Positions 1-13,000 of a stretch of 64,000 nt of DNA are shown here, in pieces. The stretch's first letter is position 1. The number at the start of each line of letters is the position of its first letter. The DNA is from Isurus oxyrinchus. Taxonomy: Eukaryota. A program made the translations under genes and the position numbers. The notes under the pieces were generated by a model that did no database searches, was not told the origin of the DNA, and saw nothing but the letters and a program-made list of their open reading frames with translations. The stretch spans positions 7,130,001-7,194,000 of the forward strand of contig JANJGN010000034.1 of NCBI GenBank assembly GCA_026770705.1, in the 5' to 3' direction.

Positions 1-1038
1 CTGGCCAGTCAGACTGCAGAAAGCAACGTCAAATCACTGTCGTATTTTGCCAAGCATAATCATGGCCAAATCCAATGGAAATCCATGTCCACCAACACGC
101 TCTGAATACAAGCTACCTGGAAAAGTAGGAATGAAATAACGTATGGCCTAAGTTGCTCTGTTGGAGGGTAGGGTTAGGCATGTGACACTTGATTGGAAGG
201 ACAGATATTTTCCGCTAATTTATGTGGGTCGGACTACCCTCTTGGTACCGAATTCATTAGATTTAAATCTTTTTATTAAAGGAACTCACTACAAATTGGT
301 GTGGGAAAATGACAGAACGCCCTCTATAGTTGATCGGTGACGTGCCTAACCAGGGAGAAGCACTCTATATCTATGTAAAAAATGTAATTGAATAATCATT
401 AACAGGATGAACTTGGCAAAGTCCCGCAGAAAAGGAAAATCTGCAAAAGCATTTGATTTCATGGCTGTGCAGTTTAATTTGCTAACAGAAGCACGGTGCG
501 TGTTACTAATTGAGTCTTACAGCATCGTTAAAGATGGAATTATGCAATGTCTTATTTTTCAAGCATGTAAAATATACTAAAGCATGCCATGCAACTATTG
601 GAGGACCATCTCGGGGACATTCAATGTGATGTCTCTGTATGTTACTGCCCAGTCTGTACTCAAGTAAGGTGACCGATGCCAGCCTCGTGCTCATTGCTAT
701 TGCAACCCTAGCACTCTGCTCCTCGTTGAAATGGCGGCCCAAATTAGACCTCGTATTTTTATGAACATGATACAAGGATCAGCTGAGGTAAATATTCTGC
801 CATTATTTATGGGTAGGTTAATTCGGCACTTCAGGAGGAAATGAGCGGGATTACATATTGTAATATGAAATGCAGGATGTCAAAGTAAAGAGCGCGTGGA
901 AGGACATAATCCACTTTGTCGAATACCTTGACCAGTACTCTAAATTCTGTATTGTAATTCGGGAGGATGGGGGGAGGGAGATGGGGAAACGTGCTGAAAT
1001 TGAAATAATGATGAAACTCTCAAATCTTACTGTTCTAG

Positions 1039-1074
1039 AGATTCTAACGTGCCAAGAGTCTTTAAAGGATTCAG
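1039..1074 (+). CDS. 36-nt micro-exon EILTCQESLKDS
   Basis: tgttctag|AGATTCTAACG...GATTCAG|gtggga; 4 paralogous copies. Confidence 0.8.
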
Positions 1075-4000
1075 GTGGGAAATATATTTGTTATTTGTAA
1101 AGATATTCGCTGCACAAAATATTCCTGCAATTGCTACCGCACATGTAGAATACAGAAATGCTGATCAGTAATTTAATTGTACAGATGTAAACTTTGCCTG
1201 CATCATATAATTACCCAGTATAGAAAGAGGCCAACGCTTCACCTTACCTACTACTGCTATATGAAAGAGTTTTATTTCTCTCCATGTTTCTCTCTCTCTC
1301 TGATTAGCTACATTCCAGAAATCTTTTCACAAAACCTTCCAAACGCTTATTCTGCACAATAAGTTGTTGCTCCCTGCCCACCCCATCTGCCCCACCCTAT
1401 GATCTGTCTGTGAATAACCATGAATTTGTGTTTCTTTATTGCTGGTCGACCTGGATGCGAACCTTTTATTTGTTATTTAATTTCTTCAGAATGATGGTCC
1501 CATCATATTAGGCGACATTATCATAGAGTCCATTAACATTTTTGCGGTGATCAGAAAAATCTCAGCTCCCCTCCGCAGTTCTTATAACTGACGCCCCTCG
1601 TACTTTGGACTAAATCTTCCCTGAGCTCCCTGCACGATTTGCAAAGCTTTGCAAAGCGTGGTGCGTCGAATTTGAATATGATATCCTAAAGTGGCGCATA
1701 TTAAACAACAAACGTTGAGATGCTGCACTGTGTGTCGATGTACTGGTTAGATACATATCTTCAACAGTGAGTTCTCCATCAAATATAGATCCCGACTAAT
1801 GCGTGACACTGTTTGCTGAGCTGGTTGTCTGGCTGGGCGTGGAATGGACGCCGTTGTGATAGGGTCAGTTTCACGATACAGTCCAGGATCACTACTTACC
1901 TCAATATGTAGCATCATCTACATTATTGATTGTTGTGGACGTATGCATGCAGCAGCATGCATGACATAGCAGCATGTTAAAAATGTCAGTCCACTTGCAA
2001 TATTGTGCCTTTTCATATAAAACATCAATTCTTTCAATGATTGCATAATCTTCCTGTTAACGTCATGCCTTAACAGAAACAAAGCTGGAAGAAAAAGAAA
2101 AAGGTAGGCAGGTTAAGGATTCGCTGTTTTAAAAGACAGAAATCAACGTGTTAGGAACATACCTATGGGTCTTTTTTTCATGTTTAACTTCTCTGAAATA
2201 GCATTTAGAATTATTAACCGGAAGATCGGCTGAATTTGGTAATGGGCTACATGAGGAGAAAAAGTTTCAGCTTGAGGTGACAGCCAAAATTGAGAGCCAG
2301 TAAGTTAGGAGATAACATTAATCCAACCTCACACTCAGGAGGAAAGTATTGATCCAGGAAATGACAAGAATTTGGAATTCACTGTTGCATGATCCTTTGT
2401 TTTACGAAATTTCGTAGCATTTTTTAAGGTCGAGGACAGTTATCCACTGAGATCCCACGAATGTTTAATGTACCTTTTTATCACGGAGTAAATATCATGC
2501 CATCCGCAAAAAGATTTTACTTCAGCATTGTCAACTGCAGATTAATAGAACTCGTGCATTCTTAAGTACGTTTACCTCCTGCTTGCAGTCTGGTGTAAAG
2601 ACTGCTACTTCCACAAAAAAAAACGAAGCATTCCCTTGAGGACTTGTTCGGGCTTTGGGTTATGAATTGACCTCTAAATATCCAGACTGTGTTCCCTCAG
2701 GTGGTTTGCAGTCGTTGAAAGGGCCATCTGTGATGTGAATTGCATGCAAGCTTTAAGGAATGCTGTGTAGCAAACACTTTACAGTTCATGCACTAAATAA
2801 CAATTCAAACTAATTCTTAACCGAATACTAAAGCGGAGTCCGCCAAATCAGTATCTAGAACCTATTTAATTAACATCTACACGCACAAAGACATAGGGCC
2901 TAGTTAAACAAAGGCGCTACGAATTACACCGAAACATTTCCAGGTTAGCACGAAGTTTAAGTTCTCCAGCAAAGAAAATTCACGAATAAAACCAAGCCAA
3001 TGTCTATTGTAAAAAGTACGAGTTCGTCACCAATAAAATGCAGTTAGTAGAAGAATTTCAAATAATGCAACCCGCATTCCTGTATTCAACCTCTGTCTCT
3101 AACAGCATTGTAGGTTCCTGACATGATTGTTAAGAAGATTACCGGGCCAGTTTGATTGCTGTCGGGGAATGTAAGGATACTAAGTGGAGCTCTTCTGTAA
3201 TATGGACGAGGAAATGTAACTGATAGCCTTGACAATGTCATGATCCTTATAAACCAGTTGCTTTCTTTCTCTCTTAGAATTGAATGACATTCAACAGAAG
3301 TGCAGTGAGTATTCCATGAGCCAGCAGCCACCAAGACGTGGATTTCCCGATTTGTTATGAAGCCTGTACTGTGTAAAGAACTTATCCGTTGAGAAAACCT
3401 GTGCCTTGGGGGACAAAAATATATTCGAGTAATGGGATAAAAGCACATCACCTAGACCTGTGGAGAAAATGTCTGAAAGGAAATTCCGGTGTTACTTTCT
3501 TCCCTCAAGCTGTAGTGAATGGTTTGTCCTCGCTTCCAGCTTTTCAGCTGTGAGTCAGAAGACAGAACTTGTGGTCAGAAGGTTGTGAAATCAAGTCCAG
3601 AGTTAGAAGTTGAGCACAGGCGCAGATGCTGACAAGTCAGTGCAGCCCTCAGGCAGCAATGTATTGCAGGAAGTGCTGTGTAGCCGTTTAGTGCATAAAC
3701 CATGGCCAGGTCTGCACTCGAGCTTAGACGTAAATCACCCATTGCCATAGTTTAAAGAAACAAAGGGAAGTTTTCCACCGATGTGCTGGTGAATAATTAC
3801 CCCTTAATTAAATCTCACATAAGGTGGTTTTGGTCATCTTAAGATCCCTGCTGTGTTGGGCGGAACAAGTATCTGTGCCGAAACAGTTCATTCAGAGTGA
3901 TCATTAAATTACCAGCTTTAGGTTGGCAGATAGATCAGACGGACAATTGACAGATGACGTCTTATGCAGAAAATTGCGATCACATCATTTTTGTGGGAAG

Positions 4001-7000
4001 GATGAGTTGAGGCAATGCAAGGGAAAGTCTCAAAATCTAAATGGATTTCAGGGTGATTACCCCTAGATGTCAATTTGCACAAATTGCTCAGGGTAACAAG
4101 GCAGGTTAAATAGGCGGTTAAAAAAACTAAACCGGGCCCTAAACTTAATAAAGTGCGCCACACAGCACAAAGACATGCAGGTTGCAATAAGTGTATAGAA
4201 TACTGGGCGGGCCTCAATTTGAGAATTGTTTCCAATTCGGGACAACATTCTCGAGGAAAATGTGTACGCATTATAGAGTGCACACAAGTAATTTGTAAAA
4301 ATGATTCCAGGGATGAGAAGCTGCACTTACGTGCGTGGTTTGGACAAGTGTTCTTCACCTTGGTGAACAGAATATTAATAAACAATTTGATAGAAGTGAA
4401 CATAATCATTAGGATCCAGGAGAGAGCAAAAACAGGAGAGTTGTTCCGTTGGCAGGAATGGTCGAAAATCAGTGGAGACTGAGTTAAGGTAATTGACCTC
4501 ATAAACATTAGTGCCATGAGGGAGACATTTTCTTTGGCAGTGAGTTCTTAACATTTGGATTACACTGATATCGGTGCTGTGGAGGAATGTTCTATAGATG
4601 TTTTCAAAAGAGTATTAAATTATTATATCAAGAAGAGAGAAACTTCGGAGGAATGTTACTTAGAATTGTGGTGCAATGAGATGAAATGAAATTAATTGAG
4701 AGATCCATCACTGGCTCGAAATGTCGGATGGTTTCTCTCACTCTCTATCTGTCTGGCTCTCTCTCTCTCTCTCCCTCTCCCTCCCTTTCCCTCCCCCCCT
4801 CTCTCTCTCGCTCTCTCTCTCGCTCTCTTTTTCTCTCCCTCTCTATCTCACTCTCTATATGTTATACAGCTGTTTAGATAGATGNNNNNNNNNNNNNNNN
4901 NNNNNNNNNNNNNNNNNNNNNNNNNNNNNNNNNNNNNNNNNNNNNNNNNNNNNNNNNNNNNNNNNNNNNNNNNNNNNNNNNNNNNNNNNNNNNNNNNNNN
5001 NNNNNNNNNNNNNNNNNNNNNNNNNNNNNNNNNNNNNNNNNNNNNNNNNNNNNNNNNNNNNNNNNNNNNNNNNNNNNNNNNNNNNNNNNNNNNNNNNNNN
5101 NNNNNNNNNNNNGGTGCACGGACGGATGGATGGATGGATGGATAGATAGGTAGACAGACAGATAGTTAGATAGGTAGATAGCAATTGGACCTGACCGTAT
5201 AGGACAATTCCGTAGCATTTCTGAATGACACAAGGCATGGAGGTGCGGCAAACAAGCAGGTTGATAGCAAGCAACCGCATCAAGACATAAATAGTTGAGC
5301 AGCATAGGCATCAAGTGGTGGACCGAAATTAATGCACATAACTCTGATTTGATGCATTTTTACAAAACCGATAGAGGAGCACTAATACCCTTATCGAAAT
5401 GATTCTCATGTGCACAAATGAGTAGATAAGGAGCAAAATTTTTAAAATTTGTCTTTAAATACTACAAGGTTAACTAGCAAATTATTTGAATTCTTGGGCT
5501 TAAGAAGTGGAGGAATTTAGCACAAAAGTAGAATATTGTGCATAGCCTTTTGTATCTCTGGTTATGCCGCAGTTAATGTTGTTTAATGCGGCTATCAACA
5601 TATATTCGGAAGGAACGACTGATCATTAAGAGGTTGCTGAAGAGAATTGGCAGAATGGTTCCACATATAAGTGAATTTAATGATCATGGAAGATTGTTGG
5701 ACATACATTTATTTTCCTTAGAGAATAAAACGTGGAGAGGAGTTCTATAAGTTATTGCCAAGTTTGGGTAAGGGAGACAAAGAGATCCCGTTCAGATACG
5801 CTTAAGGTACCAGGCATGAGGAAGACACAATTTTCATATATATGCAAGGGTTGATTAGAAACTGTCAAAAGTCTCTAAAAGATTTAGGTAAGGAAAACTC
5901 TATTTATGTTTCTTTAGTCTTTCTTGCTAATCGTTTCTTTTTTAAAAAAAAATAATTCAATATATTTCAACGAGCTCCTAAACACTCCAGATTCTAAATC
6001 GGAATTATATAGTGATATGAGCGAGGAGCCTTTCCAGCGAAGTGTGACAATGTGAGGCAAATAGATTATATCCCACCGAATAATGTAGAAATCCGGCTGG
6101 ATGTTCTTGGCTAGTATATCAGGAATCGTGTTTTCATTTGAGGCATCTGTGCGAGGAAAAAATACATGTTTGGTTTTATTGAATTCAGTAGAATACATTA
6201 GCCTGGTAAATAATGGAAGAATGTTTAACGCTGTGACCGGGAACGAATTTCAACTGCTTCATGGAGCACAAAGTATGCACATCAACCTAAGGGTTATTTA
6301 ATACCATTTGGGAACAGCTTTACCAATCTCTTTTTTTAGGCATCATTTTAGGAACTGGTGCCTAGTATGCTATGACATGCTAATAAATTCCCAACAGCCC
6401 CAAAGGCCTCTAAGGATTTTTTTTAACTAATTACATACATTTAACAATTTACTTTCCATTTAACAGAAGAAACATATAAAGCAAAAGAGCAAGGTGAATA
6501 TTTGCTTACATCAAAGAGTGAATGCTCTGCATGTTGCATTTGTTTCTTTGCATCATTGAGCTAAGAGATTCGCAACGTAGTTGATACAAATTATTCGCAG
6601 CATCAGCCCGTGCCTCATAGTATGAAAGTATTCAATATGTTAGATATATAGGAGGCATTTGCACTGGTTGTAAATCAAAATCGAGAGTGTTATGTATTTG
6701 ACGATAGAATAGTCATAGATGAATACAATAGTTAATTCAGACATTAAGTCTGGACCTGGATATTGACAAAAACATGGACTTCTAGACGATATTGTAGATT
6801 TTATACAAAAACAGAATTACCTGGAAAAACTCAGCAGGTCTGGCAGCATCGGCGGAGAAGAAAAGAGTTGACATTTCAAGTCCTCATGACCCTTTGACAG
6901 AACTTGAGTGATTGTAGATTTTATGCTGCATAGCAAAGATGCATCTAAGAAGATGCTAAATATTTTAAGGAAGGTAGAAGGAACAGGAGATTTTCCTGAC

Positions 7001-10000
7001 GGTGGAAGTTGAAGCAGGGAGAGAGAATTTTTTTTTGAAACGTCACCAGTGATACCATCAGATTAGGTCCAATGATGTACTTCCAGTTTTGTTCACCTTA
7101 AGGCCTTGTTTACCATGAGAAATGCTGCATTGGATAGATTACATCTCCACAATGAATCCCAAAATTTGCTCATAATAGAAAGGAGAAAGAGGTGTAGTAT
7201 ATAATGGAAGGACAACTGAACGATGCTCATTTTAGATTGTTGCCTAAGGTAAATTTTAACTTCGTAATTTACACATTTTAAACATGTAGAATTCCTGCTA
7301 AATGACAGAAATTAGGATTTTTGCATAACATTTGCACATATTTCAGTGAGCACGGGGGCGTTTGAGGAACGGGACTTGCTGTGAATAAAGACAGGGCAGC
7401 AGGGTTTTGGACGGCTAAAATAACAAAGATCGTAGGGAGTCAGAAACAGACAGCTGTGCATTGCAGCAGTCAAATCTAGAGATAATGAAGGCATGGAGGA
7501 GGGTTTCAGCATCAGAGCCCCTGAGATGCAATTGAAGTCGAGGCTTGGACAGTCGCACCAAGGTCATGAAAAAACTGGATTAATCATGGACTGGGCCAGG
7601 GAAAGGGATGTGTTGGGTACTTAGGGAAGAGAGCTTGCAAGCGGCACCAAAATCAAGGGCTTCAGTCTTCCCAATATATATCATGGGGAAATTCAAATTT
7701 AGCTAGTACTGGATTCCAAATCAGCAGTCTGATAATTTAAACAGTGGAGAATTCGAGAGAGCTGGTGAAGAGGTAGATGTGTGTGTGTCATCAGCATGCA
7801 TGTGACAATTCATAGATTGCCTTCATATGTTGTTGTAAGGGGGGCAATTGTTGATTGTTGAGGGCAATAGTGGGCATCGTGTTGGAGCAGGAAAATATGC
7901 CATTTGCCACTAATCCTCAAGCTATAATTACATAGATAAAAACTGAATTTTGTTGGTTTGTTTCCATCCAGCAATAGGAGAGTAACACGTGTTGGAGTAG
8001 GGTGCTGGGTCAACTGTTTCAACGGTTTCAGACCGGAGGAGATGGGTGTGCATTGAATGTTTACTTTAGCCACAGACCCATGGTCTGCCTTTCAAATTAT
8101 GGTGAGTTAATAAAGTTTTGGGAGAGTGTGAAAACAGCCGATTTAAAGGAAAAAGGGAGCAAACATGAAGAGAGAAACCGTAAAAACATCGTCAAACTTG
8201 CTGCCAAGAGGTGTAGATGGTTGGCCTGCTGAGCATCGAGGGAAAAGGATATGGGTGCCATCGGTCAGGCAAGTTTGAAGAGAGCATGGACTGTCATTGG
8301 CATGAAAGTAGAGAAACGTGCGAATTTAAGGCTGGGGCAAGGAGGAGAATAGAAGGAAATTTACCGAGGTGGACAAGGAAAGAGAAATATGTAGCAGAAG
8401 CAGTTGGCCGGAGGTTTTCGATCTTAGTGACAAAGATATCAATCAGACCCTTAAAGTTTTTGTTGGAGATGAGGGTAGTAGGGACAGGAGGGAGGGATTT
8501 AAGTAGACATAGAGATCAGAATTACATTACACGATTATCCAGCAATTATGAGCGGTGGTGACTGCAATATCGAGAATGTCCAAGAGACCCCTAAAACTCC
8601 AGAGTAGGCTCATCCAAACCCACCTCATCTAACCTCATTTCACTAATTGAAAATCCGGAAGTTGATGTCACAATTTACAAGGATGTGAGTCGCTGTGGTA
8701 ATGCCTGAAAAATGAATTATTATGTGACATGTAATATGGAGGTTCTCCAATTTAGTGAACAATGTGAAATCATACCAGCTGGAAAATTATCAGTCATATC
8801 GACCTTCAGAGATCTGAACATGCAGAGGATATGAGTTTTCAGTGAAAATTAAGTGACCATTTCTTTTCTATTGACTTTATAGAGCTAAAGGATTGTCAAG
8901 ATATTCTGAACAATTTCGGTGAATAAAGCACTTTAATTGCATATGACATTATCAACTATTCACTTGTAAGAGTCCAACAATGCTTCAAAGAACAAGCAAA
9001 ATTTCCGAGTGAAATACAAATGCCTAAGTGCGCTTTTTTGAGAAAATGAATGTTTTATTAGCACAGCTTATGTGGAAATGTATGAGGCACCGTGGGGAAA
9101 CGGTTCAGTAGTTCCTTGCCACCACACTCCAGCACGTAATTAGTTCATGATTTGATAAACTTTCCACAGATATAAATCCTGCTCTGGCAGAAATGCCTCT
9201 TTGGTAAAAGCACAAGATGTAAATCAGCCAAAGGTACACTTTGTGACCGAAAAGGAAGCAGAATAAAGGTGCCAAATTCAGGCTAGTTAGCCCATAGTAT
9301 GTCATGGGAAAAATGCTGGAATCCATTATTACGTACCTAGTAGCAGCGTATTGAGAACACTAAAATCCATTCAACTGGAAGCACCATTTTTTTCTCTCAA
9401 AAGGATATAGTGTTTAACAAATCAATTAGTCTTCTTGCCGGATGTAACAAGCGGAGTTGGCAAAGGGAAACCGGAATAATCTTTGCCAAGAAAAAGCATA
9501 TCCAGTTAGGTGCCATATAAAAGTAAAAATAAATAATAATAGTTTATGGTGCTGTTGATAATGCAATACCATGCTCAGGAGATAGGTAACCTAACAGGAA
9601 ACAGAGAATATGGATAAACTTGTCATTTTCTGGTTGGAACATTGTAACTGATGGGATCAATAATAACTGTTCAACTGTTAAAAATATATCTACAACTTTC
9701 AAAAATACAGTCGATTGCATGGTTGCCAAAGTTGCTAGCGTTTGCAGAGGTGGGAAGGGAGCAAGCGGCGAGGAGAACACTTGTGGTCTGAAAATCAATG
9801 AAGATAGTTTAAGTGAATAATCAAAAAGAATAGCAGATGGAATGTGACATGGGAAAATGTGAGTTTGTAAGGAGGAACAGAGGAACAGGTTGTTAATGAT
9901 TGGAAAAAATATCAGAATACAGCATGGTGTCTCCTTGTACATGAGTCACAAATGAATATGCCATGAATGTAAAGCAAGAAGTTTGGCAGGAAAGCAGATT

Positions 10001-13000
10001 TTTGAGCTTTACAGTGCAGGTGATGGCGCTTAAAAGAAGGGAATTATTTTTCCGCATACCCAGGGTGGGACCTCATCTGGAGTATTGCAACGGCTACGAT
10101 TCCTTAATTGGACGGGCGAATGAGGTGGGTGTGGGGGGTAGGGTAAGGATTTGAGCAATATGCTTCCATTGGGGGCACTGAGTGAATGTGCAATCATTTT
10201 ACTTAGTGGATTTACTGTTACGAGTAAAGTTTGAGAACATTGCTCCTACATTCATTTCGGCTTAGCAAAATTAGTGGTGATCTTCCTGAAGCATACATGA
10301 TTCTCACAGGGCAGGTGCTAATATATTACAATCCTCTTGAAGGAGAATCAAAAGCTAGCAGACGCAGTTTCAACATAAGGCATCTTCAAGTTATGACAGA
10401 TTTTTTCCTTCACCGAGTCGTTAATATTCCAGTCACTACCGCAGAGGACAGAGTAGTCTGTGTTATCGAATATTTTATCAGACTGCATCTTAACCTACGA
10501 GGAAATTAATTCTTACGGGGATGATAATGTTATAAAAACAAAAAAGAACTGCTGAGGTTGGGAATCAGAATTGAAACAGAAAATGCTGCTGAAAATTAGC
10601 CGGTCTGGCAGCATCTGTGGAGAGCGAAAGGGGGATTAACTAATCGAGTCCATATGGCTCTTCTTCACAGCTGGTTATGGAGTTAAAACAGGGAAGTGGA
10701 TTTAAGGCACAACCAGATTAGATATATTCTTGTGGAATGGAGGGGAAGGTTAGAAGGGCCAAATGGCCTAACTATGCTACATTTTCTTATGTTTTTTAAG
10801 TTGTTAAGGGGCGACATCACTATTTGTCCTTTGTCAAAACTGCACATAGACAAAGTCTGTACCAGCTCCATTGGATTGAGAATTATAAATATCTGGTTGT
10901 AATCACAAGAATCTCAGAGTTTTACTCGTTCATCCAGACTGCTGAACACATTGTTTTCTTTTTGGGGGAAAAACCAAAGTAAATGAAGGGTAAAGACCTT
11001 AAAATTTGCTCTTGTTTGTACATCAATAACGCAAGCGACCAGTCAGTGATAGGCAGTAAAAGGAAGAGAGAGTTTTTAACTTTGCTACGGGATGTCTGAT
11101 ACCGAATTGCAGATCTTTGTTTTATGCTCAGTGAAAATCTACATCCTGTAACTTTTCTATTTCTTATATTTCCTTTACCGATTCACAGAAAATGTAAAGA
11201 AGGGTAAGTATAAGTATGTTACAGAAATTCAACTTGTAAAGCAAGATAAATAAGTTGCCCTAAAAATACATCTCTGGCGCAATTGCCCAATATCCCGTCT
11301 AGTGTCTTGCCTGATATCGAAGATAGAGTTATTTCCCTTTTTTCACGTCCCTCTGTGACAGCCCCCTCCCAATCTGTGTAACCTTCCACGGCACAGAAAT
11401 CCTTCTTAATCCACCCATTTTGCTTCCTTAATTTCCTATTTACTACTTTCCCAGTCCCCACCTCTACACGTTTAAGACATTCCCTAAAAACTGTGCCTCA
11501 GAGAGTTTAGCCTTGATACCTTTTATATCTCTCAACCTGTTCGTTGTGGTTCTGTTACCATTTGTTCCATATCGAAGTATGTTTCTGCCTTCTTCGTCGT
11601 TGTCTGTTTAGTAAAAGTATATTAATATCTTCAGCCAAATCGGAGGCAGGCTCATAACACATGAAGGTCCCCACGAGACTTTGGAGTCGAATGAACATTA
11701 GTCAGGATGTGACGTCTTTGAAAAATGTACCTTCTTAAGAGAACCTGGAAGGATGATTAAACACACACCTGATGGGCTTACATACTCATGCTGTTTCTTT
11801 CCGCCATCCAGAGCTAGGCAGCTGCCAAGATACCATAAAAGATTTAGGTGAGTAACCAGTTTTGATGCCTGCTGAATTTCCCGACCGTTTGCTTTACCCT
11901 TAAATCAAGCAAAGATCCAAGTGTTTCCAAAGCACAACGAAGAAAGAATGATCCTGGAGCATTAATGCAGATTTTTTTAATAGATGGTGAACTTTAAAGC
12001 AATGACAGATTTGTTCTGTATGGGGAGCTGAACTGTCAATCAAAGTGTTTTCTTGCAAATCTCGAACAGAAGCTTGGCAAGTCACTTTATGGATTGTTCA
12101 TTGTTCAGAACGATTCACTTAGATCATATCATGTATAAAACGTGGCCTGCGTTGGGGCACCAGTTGCTGGATTTCAATTGACAGACTGATGGAGGTTCAC
12201 GTGTGCATTCAGTTCCATGACTACAATGGAAGTGAATATTTGGGGTGGGTATATAATCTTCCCTCTCTACGACATCGAACATTTTGCCTGGCTCCCCAAA
12301 ATAGAAATTCATTATGTAGAGTTTGGTTTCAGTGATTGCTTTCACCCATATGGTACCGAATCAGCACTCACCATCACATATCGCCAATTTTAATTGTTGT
12401 TGGCTCCAAGGTTAAAAAAAAAGATCTGGACATTTTTCACAGAAAGTACGATAAAAAAGAATGGTGATATGACCTGAGGAATGTAGCTGCATTTATGTTA
12501 TCTCCATGCTCCATGGTGTGCATTTCCCTCTGATAGCGGCACGGCGAGGTAGAGAGGAAAACTTCACTATTTGTTCTTCTTTGAGCAATAAGATCGGTAG
12601 CAAGGTGCCAGCCCGCAGCGAATAAATGGCTGTTGTCAACTTTGCATGAGCTGTTCCATACAATTTTCACTGTGTTCCACGTTCTCAAGGAGAGTTGTGT
12701 TTGCCCTGCACTGTCGGCCACATGCAGAATATTTTCAATTTCAGTGATAACCTTTCCGAGGTAGGTCATGCAAACGTTCATTTTATTATTTATTCTTGAT
12801 TTATTTCACAGATAAATTAAAAAATGGTAAGTGAAAATATGCTCCAGCACGTGACCGTCTAAATGGATGAAAAGAAAGATGAGGAAAGATGGATTCGCAA
12901 TGATTACACATTTGAATTTAAAGTAACTTTTAAATTGCCATTAATATATCTAAATCCCTTTGTGGCCTCGCACTTCCAAAAATGCCATATGAATCCTCTG

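Noticed and set aside
1638-1655. 18-bp perfect palindrome TTTGCAAAGCTTTGCAAA
   Set aside because: Absent from the three paralogous sites, so probably a local mutation product.
6805-6910. Active hammerhead ribozyme
   Set aside because: Core nucleotides deviate from CUGANGA/GAAA in every copy in this window.
6494-7250. Apparent long pseudogene exon (ORF 28960-29271 in the paralog)
   Set aside because: Multiple stops in this copy and no recognisable domain; only the first 27 nt have splice sites.
12443-12463. 21-nt candidate exon ESTIKKN
   Set aside because: Weak donor (gtgata), and the acceptor AG is lost in the paralog (~34985).
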